DNA from: Chrysomallon squamiferum
Taxonomy: Eukaryota > Animalia > Mollusca
Assembly: GCA_012295275.1 (NCBI GenBank)
Contig: CM022668.1
Location: forward strand, 2,480,001 to 2,544,000
DNA: 64,000 nt
Direction: 5' to 3'
Each line of letters opens with the position of its first letter. Positions within the stretch are counted from its first letter, which is position 1. The notes below the pieces were generated by a model. The model was not told the origin of the DNA. It made no database searches and saw only the letters and a program-made list of their open reading frames with translations. Shown here one piece after another: positions 28,736 to 41,117 of this stretch. The translations under genes were made by a program, and so were the position numbers.

Positions 28736-29324
28736 CTGAAACAAGAAAAAATTAGTTCGTCAAGAAAATATCTAGTTTAATTTTAGCATACATTTTAACC
28801 TTTACTATCCACTGTATTAAATGACCTTTACCGAAACAACAAAAATTAGCTGATGAAGAAAATATAATCTGTCACACACGACTTTGCTATTTATATATTA
28901 ATATCTATTGTTTATAACCTTTAATACTTAAAGTATATGACCTTTTATATCCTTACTAAATTACCTTCAATATCTATAGTATATGACCAGTAATATCTAT
29001 TGTTTATTACTTGTAATATCTATTGTTTTTGACTTGTAATATCTATTGTTTATGACTTGTAGTATCTACAGCAACCAATATGAACATGAGAAAGCTACTT
29101 CATAGGTACTGAATCTTACGAAGGGCTATCAGTTTGTTACACTCTTCTGAAGTAACAAATTTGTTCAGTTTATGTTTAGTTATATATTATTAATGATACC
29201 CATCTATGTGAAGACACTGATCACGTTAATGATTTCTCACAATAATTATCACCAGTGACCTAACAAGGTTGGATACAGATAATATCAATATTCAACCTTT
29301 AATTCTGTTGATCTCGGTAATTGT

Positions 29325-29408
29325 TTAAATATTTTAGGAACAGGCCTGCGGGCGACTCATGTCGTTCTTGGGGGTCACGTGGTGCCCGCGGTTACCGTGT
29401 TGATGATC
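29325..29408. mobile_element. Remnant resembling the terminus of a hAT (Charlie-like) non-autonomous DNA transposon
   Basis: GGCCTGCGGGCGACTCATGTCG...GTGGTGCCCGCGGTTACCGTGTTGATGA resembles, from memory, hAT-MITE subterminal motifs of the GTGCCCGCGGGCACC-GTTGGTGACCCCTG type. Partner end and TSD not found. Confidence 0.35.
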
Positions 29409-29915
29409 TATAGTATATGACCTGTAATATCTATAGTACATGACCTGTAATATCTATAGTTTATGACCTGTAATATCTATAGTATATGACCTGTAATATC
29501 TATAGTACATGACCTATAATATCTATAGTACATGACCTATAATATCTATAGTATATAACCAGTAATATCTGTAGTATAATGACCTGTACTATCTGTAGTG
29601 TATGACCTGTAATATCTGTAGTACATGACCTGTAATATCTATAATATATGACTTGTAATATCTATAGTACATGACCTGTAATATCTGTAGTACATGACCT
29701 GTAATATCTATAGTACATGACCTGTAATATCTATAGTACATGACCTGTAATATCTGTAGTATATGACCTGTAATATCTGTAGTACATGACCTGTAATATC
29801 TATAATATATGACCTGTAATATCTATAATTTATGACCTGTTATATCTATAGTATATGACCTGTAATATCTATAGTATATGACCTATACTATCTATGGTTT
29901 ATGACCTGTAACATC
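29407..29915. repeat. Minisatellite, 23-bp unit ATGACCTGTAATATCTATAGTAY (diverged copies also at ~28900-29070)
   Basis: Period 23 (29418 to 29441); about 22 copies. Confidence 0.9.
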
Positions 29916-30184
29916 TAGTGTTTTTGATATATAACATATCTGGTATATCGCCTGTGATATATTATTTATCATACATGTAGTATGTGACGTTTAATATCTT
30001 TAGTATTTGACTTCTAATAGTTGTAGTGGATATCTTTAATAGATATCTGACCGTTAATATCTACAGTGCATCTGTAAACTATGTATTCCTTATGCATTGA
30101 GTATCTACTTAACAAACCTGCCTTAAATTCATGATTAAAATATCCACAATTCACAACAAAAAATATTTATGAGACATTAGGCAA

Positions 30185-30585
30185 AAATCTGTAGAGGATA
30201 TAGTTAAAATATCTGTATATGATCTAGGTAAAATATCTATAATGATACAGGTAAAATATCTGTATATCATATAAGTAAAATATTTATATATGATATAGGT
30301 AAAATAACTGTATATGATCTAGGTAAAATATCTATAATGATACAGGTAAAATATCTGTATATCATATAGGTAAAATATCTATATATGATCTAGGTAAAAT
30401 ATCTGTATATGATATAGGTAAAATATCTGTATATGGTATAGGTAAAATAACTGTATATGGTATAGGTAAAATAACTGTATATGATATAGGTAAAATATCT
30501 GTGTATGATATAGGTAAAATAAATGTATATGATATAGGTAAAATATCTGTATATGATATAGGTAAAATATCTCTATGTGATATCT
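30185..30585. repeat. Minisatellite, 24-bp unit ATATGATATAGGTAAAATATCTGT
   Basis: About 16 copies; produces the artefactual ISYTDILP peptide repeat in the ORF track. Confidence 0.9.
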
Positions 30586-31117
30586 GCATAGAAATGGGAT
30601 AAAATGTAACAGAAATTCTAATAGTGGTCAAAATACAAGTAAAGAAGTGAAGTCCATTAACAAAACGCATACACAGACACACTAACACACAATCATACAC
30701 GACACAAAGACATTCACATACAAACGTATGCATACAACATATATATATATACATATTATATACACATACATAAATGCATACATACGTACATACATAGATA
30801 CATACATACATGCATAGATACATACATACATACATATAGACACACAGAGAAACAATAACATTTATATATATTAATATATAATCAGCTGTCTGTCGGTCTG
30901 TCGTACGTATGTGTATATGTATGTGTGTATATGAATGTATGTATGTAAGTACATGTATGCATATGTCTACGTACATATATGCATGTATATGTTTGTATGT
31001 GTGTGTGTATGTGGGAACATATAATCAGTTCTGAATGTACATATTTATAAACAGTGTCTGTTTTTGTTTGCATGTGTTCGTGATTATTACTGCTGCTATT
31101 ACTACTACTGCTATTAC

Positions 31118-31169
<52 letters not shown>

Positions 31170-31458
31170 ACAGTACAAAAGATAACTCACAACACAGTCA
31201 TCGTCACACATTTTCGTTCACGGCAAAATCACATCTACTCCATCACAATAAAACATATGAATCACGTTACTGTGGCAAAACGAATTTCAATCTTTACAGG
31301 CGCACATTAAACTTGTATAGATGCAATTTAAAACTGTATCGATTCCAGAATATGTACCAGCGTTACTTCTCCAGTTCGCACAGCAAATCTAATAAATATT
31401 CTTATTACCTTTGTAAACGTGTATCAATACTCTCTCCCCCACGTTGCACTCTTACACG

Positions 31459-31612
31459 TTACGTCACACACAACTGTTATAGTCCCACCTGACGTCACAG
31501 AAAACTGCTACTGTCCCACCTGACGTCACAGAAAACTGTTACTGTCCCACCTGACGTCACAGAAAACTGTTACTATCCCACCTGACGTCACACACAACTT
31601 GTGCTGTCCTAC
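31459..31612. repeat. Minisatellite, 31-bp unit ACTGTCCCACCTGACGTCACAGAAAACTGTT, each unit carrying a full CRE
   Basis: TGACGTCA at 31490, 31521, 31552 and 31583; TTACGTCA variant at 31459. Confidence 0.9.
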
Positions 31613-31860
31613 CTACTGTTGTATCTCCAGCTGAAAACCCACTAACAACGAGAACTGTCAGTTCGACGTTTGTTTCTCCCACTGCCACTGAATCCACTTG
31701 TCCCCAGGACAAACACAGATTCTTCACGCACAGAAACATACTCCAGTTAATCTTCTTCAAGCGTTTTGGATCAAGGGAAGAAAAAAAAGTAAAACGTCCA
31801 TTCCCCTCGAGAGACAGGAATTTTTGTGTTGTTGTATTTGAAGCGATTGGTATTGGCTGC
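31613..31860 (-). other. Candidate 5' UTR exon or alternative promoter about 3 kb upstream of the coding exon
   Basis: Unique sequence between two minisatellites. Donor TAG|GTAGGA (exon end 31613). Two ATTGG (CCAAT) boxes at ~31846-31856. 5' end not defined. Confidence 0.3.
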
Positions 31861-31934
31861 AGAAGTAACAAGCTTGGCTAGGCAGTGACTGGCATCTGTC
31901 GACTCAGTCCTGCCGAGAATCAATAGACAGCGAG

Positions 31935-32225
31935 AACATGTGGCAACTATATCTCTTCTTAAAGAAACATGGTCAACTGTATTTGTTCTTAAACATAGTC
32001 AACTATATCTCTTCTTAAAGGGACATGGTCAGATATACGTGTTCTTAAAGAAACACGGTCAACTGTATTTGTTCTTAAACATAGTCAACTATATCTGTTC
32101 TTAACATAGTCAACTGTATCTGTTCTTAAAGAAACATGGTCAGTTATATCTGTTATCTATTTAAAGAGAAACAGTCAACAATTTCTGTTTTTAAAGAGAC
32201 ACGGTCGACTACAAGAGTTCTTACA
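31935..32225. repeat. Minisatellite, ~25-30 bp unit GGTCAACTRTATYTGTTCTTAAA(GAAA)CAT
   Basis: About 10 diverged copies, alternating long and short units. Confidence 0.8.
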
Positions 32226-33884
32226 AGACGTAGCCAAGATTGTCAGTTTTATTTTATTACTAAAAAATAAATCGATTTAAAACACTTAAAGACATATTAC
32301 GAAACATTAAAATTTCTCTTGTTACCTGAACAATGTCATTCAAAGAAATTAGTAGATTATTAATTTTTGCATCAAAACAATTAAAAAATTAAAAAGAATA
32401 AAAATGCCTATAACTAAATGAGAGTTGGCCAAATATTTTTATTTACTTCAAAAGTTTACAATTTTATCGAAATACGATTAGCTTATTCGGCACCAAAAAA
32501 TATAAAAGTTCAATTACTTAATATAAACAAACTTTGTATCAGTAAAACTGTATCAGTTGTCTTTCCCTGTATATACTTATATACTTTTTATTTTATTTTT
32601 ATTTTATTTTATTTTATTTTATTTTATTTTATTTTACTTTATTTTACTTTATTTTTTTTTTTTTTTTTTTTTTTTTTTTATCATTATTTTTTTTTTTTTT
32701 GCTTTATTTTTACTTTATTTTATTTTATTTAATTTTGGTTTTATTTTATTTTATTTAACTGTTACAGTTATCTACAGTGTGTACGTTTAACCAGGTCAGA
32801 CTGTGTTTTGCGGTACACGTATCATTTTCCTGTCGTTATGAAATATTTAACACGCGTTCCACTTCGTTAGATCTTTTGTCATCGACACAGTTCACACTGT
32901 CCTCTCACGCATTCAGCTAAAACCGTTTTCATAATAAAAACAACAATAACAATAAGCCAAACAAAACAAAACACACGAACAACAGAGAGACAGACAAACA
33001 GACAGGTCATACAGAAAGATAACTAAATGCAGTTTGGTACAAATTTGTAATCACACAAATAAAAGCTAAGTAAGTATTAAATTAGGACACACACAAGTAA
33101 AACAGCAAACACTGAAACGTGAACACACGAACGAATCAACGATTCTGAAAACGTCATCATTTCAGTTTACACTGCCGAAGTCTTCAAACATCTCCTATCA
33201 AATTTGTGTTTCTGGAAAGCGGGAGCAAACACTGGCTTATTGACTCTGCACTTGTGTTTTCTCCGCAGTCCAATTAATCAGATCCAAAACCGTAAACTGT
33301 GTGTGTGTACGTCGACTTGAAGTATCCTGAAAGAGTCACAAAGTCTGCTCAGACTGAGGATAGCAGGGGGGGGGTGAGTCGCTGTTGAACGCTGAGGATT
33401 GTTTAATAATTCGGATGTTTCCAAAACAGGATGTCTGGAAGGTCTAATCTAACACACACTGATATTAATCGTCCAGTTTTCTAATATGTCACACACAGAA
33501 GCCTGAAGCAAATACTGTGACTTGTTCTCTCTTATTTCACTGTATTTACTTTGTAAAGAGATATAGTAGGAGTAGTAGTAGTAGTGATAATAGTAGTATT
33601 AGTAATAATAGTAGTATTAGTTTTGTTGTAGAAGTAATAGTGGTTACAGTAGTGGTAGTATTAGCGTATTAGTGATGATGGTGGTAGTAGTAGTAGTAGT
33701 AGTAATAGTAGTAGTAGTTGTAGTAACAGTAGCAGCAGTAGTGGTCGTAGTGGACATAGTTATAGTAGTAGCAGCAATGATTATGATGATAACATAAGGA
33801 GTGTATAAAACAGCAAAGGAACAACAAGAATAATTTAATCTATATCTGCTTCACTGGGTGTGTTTTTCTCTGTCACATATATAT

Positions 33885-34040
33885 ACACTCATAAACATAT
33901 CGTACACATCACACACATAAACACATCGCACACATAAACACATTGCACACATAAACAAAGCGACACATCACACACATAAACACATCACACACATAAACAC
34001 CCTGCAAACACCACACACATAAACACATCACACACATACA
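33885..34040. repeat. 17-bp repeat ACACATCACACACATAA derived from a CA microsatellite
   Basis: Direct inspection. Confidence 0.75.
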
Positions 34041-34359
34041 CTCATTCAGAAATTGTTAATCTCCATATTCTGACGAAGAAAACGAATCGAGATATCGAAG
34101 ATAACGAGAAAAACAGCATTGAAAACACAAAGAAAGACATCACGTTTGATTATATTGATCATCAGCAGAGACCTCACACTGACTTTAACATTGTGTATAT
34201 GTTAATGCTGCCCCTCTTTATTATATCGATATCTGCAATAATAACTGTGTCGATATCAGACGTGATAATCGCCAGCTAACAACAGAGCGATAATCGCGAT
34301 AACTATCGCTGTTATAATCGTTATTGATGTGAATCGATCTGATTAATATCAGTGAGTAG

Positions 34360-34418
<59 letters not shown>

Positions 34419-35540
34419 TAATAATAATAACAAAACAATAAGAAGAAGAATAACAATAATAATATTATTGATAATGACCATCACTTACACTTATATTCGT
34501 AGTAATTATTTTTGTAGTTTTAGCTGTTGTAATTGATGCAATAATGGTGCTGATAGCAACAATGGTAGTACTTGTTGTTCCAGTAATGTATGTGTGCGTG
34601 TGTATGTATGTTTGTGGGTGTGTATGGATGTGTGTTTATAAGAAAAGAACGAACTCGCTCTTTCTACAGAACTGATTTCGTGCCATAACTCTGGTGCTCA
34701 AACAAAAAGAAGGAAATTTCGACAGAAGATCGCCTCCTCCAGATGAATCAAAGAAGAAGAAATAAATAAAAGAAGTAATATTATTTTGCCACGTTATGCC
34801 ATCTAAGTGAAGGAAATTACAGAACTTTTCTCGTTCGTGCTGCAATAAAAGAAGTCGCTAATGTTTGCCTTACAGATTGAATAGCCAATCAAAATCATCT
34901 AATAAGCTTCTTTCGTGCTGTACCGCGCGCCATTGCGGTGCGTAATTCAGAGTCTCTTTCCAATTACACGCCCGAGTTTTGCCGACTAAAGACAGACTAC
35001 TCGACGTCTGCCGAGACCAAAACAGCGACTGAGCGAAGAAAAAACCTGAATTTCACGTAACGACAAAACCGTTTGAATCGTCTGATGTTTTGTTAAAGTC
35101 AGCAGAAAGCTGGTAATTCAGTGGGAAATGGATTGACTCAGTCTGCTGGGTTTCAGATCGATCAGTTTATCGAGACCATTCATTTGTTGTTGTTGTTTTT
35201 TTTTTTTTGTTTTTTTTCTTCAAAATTTTGTTTTGATGGTTAATAACCCACTGAAAAGAAAAGAATTTGTTTTGTTTCTAATAAGAACTAATAACAAACG
35301 GGCATAAAATATTTAAGAAATAAAAATTTAAAACAATAAAAAACAAAGAAATAATAATAATAATAATATGATGATGATGATAATAAAAATGATATATCTG
35401 TGCGCGCTTATTATTTTGTATTCTGTCTCGATTAGATTTTGTACTACATACATCTAATATTGTGTTTCTATAATCAACAAATACAATAATATTTGTATTG
35501 CACGTGAACAAGAAGGGTTTAAATGATGATAAATGATTTT

Positions 35541-35625
35541 GATGTAGTTCAGTGTAAAGCCATGGAACAAGTATTACAAGAGTTTATTTACTTGTACGGT
35601 TGTCGCGGATTCGACCTCTGACAAA
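35541..35625 (+). mobile_element. Degenerate tRNA-derived SINE head
   Basis: GATGTAGTTCAGTGTAAAGC (A-box-like) followed by GTCGCGGATTCGACC (B-box-like). Confidence 0.3.
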
Positions 35626-35642
35626 CCCAGGCAGTGTTTTTA

Positions 35643-36170
35643 TTTGTGAATTACTGAAACAATGTCTTCTAAAGACGCTGTTTGTGAATTACTGAAACAA
35701 TGTCTTCTAAAGACGCTGTTTGTGAATTACTGAAACAATGTCTTCTAAAGACGCTGTTTGTGAATTACTGAAACAATGTCTTCTAAAGACGCTGTTGGTG
35801 AATTACTGAAACAATGTCTTCTAAAGACGCTGTTTGTGAATTACTGAAACAATGTCTTCTAAAGACGCTGTTTGTGAATTACTGAAACAAAAAGACACTG
35901 TTTGTGAATTACTGAAACAATGTCTTCTAAAGACGCTGTTTGTGAATTACTGAAACAATGTCTTCTAAAGACGCTGTTTGTGAATTACTGAAACAATGTC
36001 TTCTAAAGACGCTGTTTGTGAATTACTGAAACAATGTCTTCTAAAGACACTGTTTGTGAATTACTGAAACAATGTCTTCTAAAGACGCTGTTTGTGAATT
36101 ACTGAAACAATGTCTTCTAAAGACGCTGTTTGTAAATTACTGAAACAATGTCTTCTAAAGAAGCTGTTTG
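35643..36170. repeat. Highly homogeneous minisatellite, 38-bp unit TTTGTGAATTACTGAAACAATGTCTTCTAAAGACGCTG, ~14 copies
   Basis: Period 38 (35643 to 35681). One unit (35871-35900) has an 8-bp deletion. No spacers. Confidence 0.95.
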
Positions 36171-36179
36171 CTTGTCATG

Positions 36180-36880
36180 CTGAAATGCAACAGCTGGAAT
36201 AATTGTTGATAAAAACGTCCAGTCGACTCGTTCTGACGCTGTGGATAATTTCCACGGTTTGACGGCGCGTCTTGCCTGCAAAACATCTCCAAGTAAAACC
36301 AGCGCCAGCTACTTAATTCAGTTTCTCATTTAGAAAAGGCGCCCAAAACCAACTGAGGCCTATAACTACACATCAAATCGGCAAAGAGAAATTAGTATCG
36401 AATTGAGATCAATCAGAGCCGCATTCGATTGGCTTTTCGGTGTGATTCTCGGCCGCGTTCGATTGGCTTTTCGAGGTGAACTGAGCTGACACAAAGGGCA
36501 AGCTCTACTTCCACGCTGACAGATTTATCGTTTGGTTTAGGCTTTCCGAGGCGCCTCGTGAAAAGACGCGGTCGAAGTATCGATCACGTCCCAGGAGCGA
36601 GGGTGTCCGAAGATGCTTTTCTGTCGTCCATTATGCAGACTTGCACGATACAGACGACGTAACGACATCGATTTCTGCGTCACGTGACGCGGTCTCGAGT
36701 AACACGTTACAGCGAGGCTGGATCACAGTGAATTTTAAACAACTGCTCCGCCCACTTGTTTCTGTCACTGTCACTGTCACTGTCACTGTGACGTACGTGG
36801 AAATAAAAGTTCAGAACGCGAAGATTCGCTGTGAGCTGAAAAAGACGACTATTTCAGATCCGACGTTAAACTTTTTACAT
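36180..36880. promoter_or_regulatory. CpG-rich island with duplicated CCAAT element and a CACGTG palindrome
   Basis: TTCGATTGGCTTTTCG occurs twice (36424, 36458). Perfect palindrome GCGTCACGTGACGC at 36677-36690. High CpG density relative to the flanks. Confidence 0.4.
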
Positions 36881-38071
36881 GTTTCATTTAGATAGATGTT
36901 TTATAAGTACTGCTACAAGAAAAACAAATAAACAAAATAAATATCACAATTCCTATCACATCAAGTACAAAACACACACAAACACGCACAGTCACACACA
37001 TAATATGTATGCAAATATATTCATATATAAAAACAAAGATATGTACATGCATAAACAGACTTATGCATACATACAATTATTCATACGTACAAAAATACAG
37101 ACATACATACATACATAAATGTACACATACATACATACATACATACATACGTACGTACCACAAATATTAACATACACACGCATGAACACACCCATTCACA
37201 TACTTTCGCACACCCCCAAAAAACACACAACTCAAAATATTCTTATAAGCACAACATGAAATCAGCACAAGGACTGTAAAACCACTTAAACCTCTTGAAT
37301 CTCACTAACAGCACAAACTTACTAACACAGACAAAGAAAAACTAAAATTTTACTACTCTACATCAACGTACAATGCCTACTGTTCCTGCTGTGACGTGAA
37401 CGACTCTGTAAGAATAATTGATGACGTAATAATTACAAGCGTCAGACACTTGTCAGCTGTTTAAGCTGTGGGTAATCTACAAAACATCAACACTTCTGTC
37501 AGTCAGAGCCTAACCACATTAAACTTGTATCTCTCACCTTTCTTTTTTTATGCTGACACCTTTTTTTTTTTAAGTAATCTTTATCCTTATCCTCATTTTC
37601 CCTCTAATACTAAAATTATAATCTTTAGCATCAGTGTCAGAACTGTTTGTCACTGTCAGTGGTATTAACATCATCATCATCATAATCATTATTATTGTTT
37701 GACACTTCTATTCATCATCCTGTCACCATCATGATAATTATAATTATTGTTGTCATAATCATTATGTGATAACCATATCATGATAATTATAATCATCTTT
37801 TTTTTTTCAATAGGACCATCATTATTATTGTCATTAGTGACTTTCTGTTTGTTCTTGACGTTGTCATCGTCATCGTCGTCGCAGTAGTAGTAGTAGTAGT
37901 AATCGTAGACGTTGTAGTAGTAGTAGTCGTAATCGTAGAAGCTGTAGTAGTCGTAGTAATCATTGAAGTTGTAGTAGTAGTAGTTGTTGTGGTAATTGTA
38001 GTACTACCAATAGTAGTATTGGTAGTATTAGTAGTTGTTGTTGTTATTGTTGTTGTTATTATTATTATTAC

Positions 38072-38107
<36 letters not shown>

Positions 38108-38524
38108 CATCATCATTATTATTATTATCATCATCATCATCATCATTATCATTATCCCATCACTATCTCATTCTCAAAGTAATCATCATAAATATAATTC
38201 TTTAACAACTGAAATCTTTATACATCTATGTTCTGCAAATAAAGTAAAACGTTTCACTGTTTCCAGCCTGTGATAATAACGTTGTGTTTTATTTACGTCT
38301 CTGTGTGATACTGTGTTTTAGTACACAGTTTGACTTCACTCGCTGTTCCTTTACTCACGTGACAGAGTGTTTTGTGTTTGATTTCTTTATTTCATCTCTT
38401 CGCCTGGTTCTGTAGTTACAAGGAAAAATGCCAGAGGTTTGACAAGTAATCATGATTTAGTATCTAGTTTTCTGGGCTATTATTTAAAGATATAGAAATA
38501 CTGGTATGTATACATATAAAAAAA

Positions 38525-38580
<56 letters not shown>

Positions 38581-39240
38581 TATGCATATTTACAGATAGA
38601 TACAGAAACACACATACATATACACATGCATACATACATAAATATATATATACATATACATACATACGTACTTACCTATATAAATATAAATATATGCACA
38701 CACATGCATTATACATAAATACATATATACATACATATATAATATTTGCCTATATAGGTGTGTGTGTGTGTGTGTGTAATTTTATTTTATACTCTGAAAT
38801 ACTCTGATATATACACCCACACTAACTCACAACTTTGCTGCAATATCACAGAACGTATATACAAGATAAATACATGCGATAGTTAACTTTAATTAAAACT
38901 GATATATTACCTAGAGGAATAATAGATCTACTATCTCTGTGAGAAAAATTATAAATATAGACATATTTCTAATTAATAAAGAAATAAACAAACAAATATA
39001 TAAAACAATCAAAAAATAATAATAATAAAGAAATAAAGAAAGAAAGAAACCAACAAACAAATGAGCAAATAAATAAATAAACTTAAAAAATAAACACTTA
39101 ACTAACTAATTAACTAACAAACAAACAAACAAACAAATAAATAGATAAATAAATAAACAAATAAATAAATAGATAAATAAGTGTAAAATAAAAGAAAAAC
39201 ACTAACTACAGAGATAATCTACATTTATATATAAGCACAA

Positions 39241-39283
<43 letters not shown>

Positions 39284-40149
39284 ACGATCCGAGTCAGACC
39301 TGAACTGCGGGTCTCTTTTCTTCATTTCAATACGTCTTGTTCATTCTAAGACGAAAATAAACACAAATTAGTACAAGTAACTCGCGTTTTAATGTCATTA
39401 CAAGTCTGAACTTATACGTACAATAACTGTCGCCATACTGACCAACCAAGTCGCCCGCTTTCTTAAAACGTGTCCCAGGAGAGCGTGCATGAACCTTTTT
39501 TATTTGCATGTATCCAAGTTAAATCTTGATGTAACAGTTTGTATGAAGCTGGGGAATTCTCTCTCAGCAATTTGAATAATAAAATTTGAATAATGTCGTT
39601 TCAAATCGGATTGCATACGGAATAGAATGCTGTAAAAGCTTATCAAATCAGACACTGAAATATGAAGTGTTTTCTGAGTTAAAGGGAGAAAAAAATGGAA
39701 GGAATAGAAACGATTACAGAAAAAAATTATAAACGGAAAGATGATATATGAAAATAAAAGAGAATATTGACGTCATTTCTAAGGTATCACGTGACTTAAT
39801 GAAATTTCATAAGCATCGTGCATCTTACTGTATTTCTTCTTTTTAAGTGTAGATTAAAATAAAAACACACACAGACATACATACACACAATACACACATA
39901 CACAAACATACACAAACATACAATGAAGTAGATATACATACATACATACACGCACACAATACACATACATAATGCATACACACAATACACACATACACAA
40001 ACATACAATGATGTAGATATACATACATACATAAACATTTAACACACACATACATACACACATACAAACACACACACACAATAACAGTACAATTTCACTG
40101 TAACCAAGTCAGATTCTGAAATCAGAAAATAACAAAAATAAATTTCTGC

Positions 40150-40400
40150 TAACAACTGAACACCCCCCCCCCGCCCCGGGGCCCAGGACAAGCGTGCGTG
40201 GGCGGCACGAGACAGAACGTTGTCGCTGGAAGACATCGCTGCAGACGTCTCACGAATTAACTCTGTGTTCCTGCTAGTCCAGTGACATCAACGTGAACCT
40301 CCACAACGTCGTCAATGGATCTATTCACTCGTTCGACAACAATTCTCAGCTACAGCAGCAGTTAATGGAATTTCCATTGACCGCGGTTGAAGACAGACAA
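40150..40400. promoter_or_regulatory. GC-box island
   Basis: CCCCCCCCCCGCCCCGGGGCCC and GGGCGG. An Inr-like TCAGTT lies on the minus strand at 40154-40159. Confidence 0.25.
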
Positions 40401-40925
40401 GCCATTCCCCTTTTGGACATTTTTTTCTTTCTTTTCTTTTCTTTTCTTAAAATAATTCTGGTGTGCGTGATGTATGATGATTGAGAGAGACTTATTTCTA
40501 AAGTTACTTAATTAGCGAAGTCTTAGAAAGAGAAAAATGTCTGCTATTACAGCGAGCTACAATTTGAGAAGAGAATCCAAGCACGTTGATAGTGTTATCT
40601 GTAACTGTATAAATACAACTACTTTTAGTATTCCCCTCCGTTATTTTGATTCAACTGGAAATCTGTTTTCTATTTACGCATGTCACTGATATCGATTTTT
40701 TTTTTTTTTTTTTTTTTCAAATGTTTTAGATTATATTTAGCTCTTGGAAAAATATCTTTGATTTAAATGTGTGTGTTTCGGGAGGACGGGTGTTTAGAAT
40801 TTAAAATTCTTTGTCTTTAAAACGTCTGATTAGACTCTGCACACAGACAATATTCGACCCTGGCACAGGAATACGAAATGCAATCACATCAAAAATCGTT
40901 TGCATATATGTATATGAGGACAACG

Positions 40926-41065
<140 letters not shown>

Positions 41066-41078
41066 GTAAAGAAACATA

Positions 41079-41117
<39 letters not shown>

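Noticed and set aside
30362-30976. 204-aa ORF with ISYTDILP repeats
   Set aside because: Made of a (TATG) microsatellite plus a 24-bp minisatellite; neighbouring units break the frame and there is no coding signal.
31557-31871. 104-aa minus-strand ORF as coding exon
   Set aside because: Its donor would be phase 1; joining to 28735 gives a stop within three codons and joining to 28629 is out of frame with the main ORF. Treated as possible UTR.
35643-36170. 38-bp direct repeats as a CRISPR array
   Set aside because: Units are head-to-tail with no unique spacers, there are no cas genes, and the context is eukaryotic.
38670-38677. Perfect minus-strand donor AG|GTAAGT
   Set aside because: Embedded in a TATG/TA microsatellite with no plausible exon; shows such motifs arise by chance.
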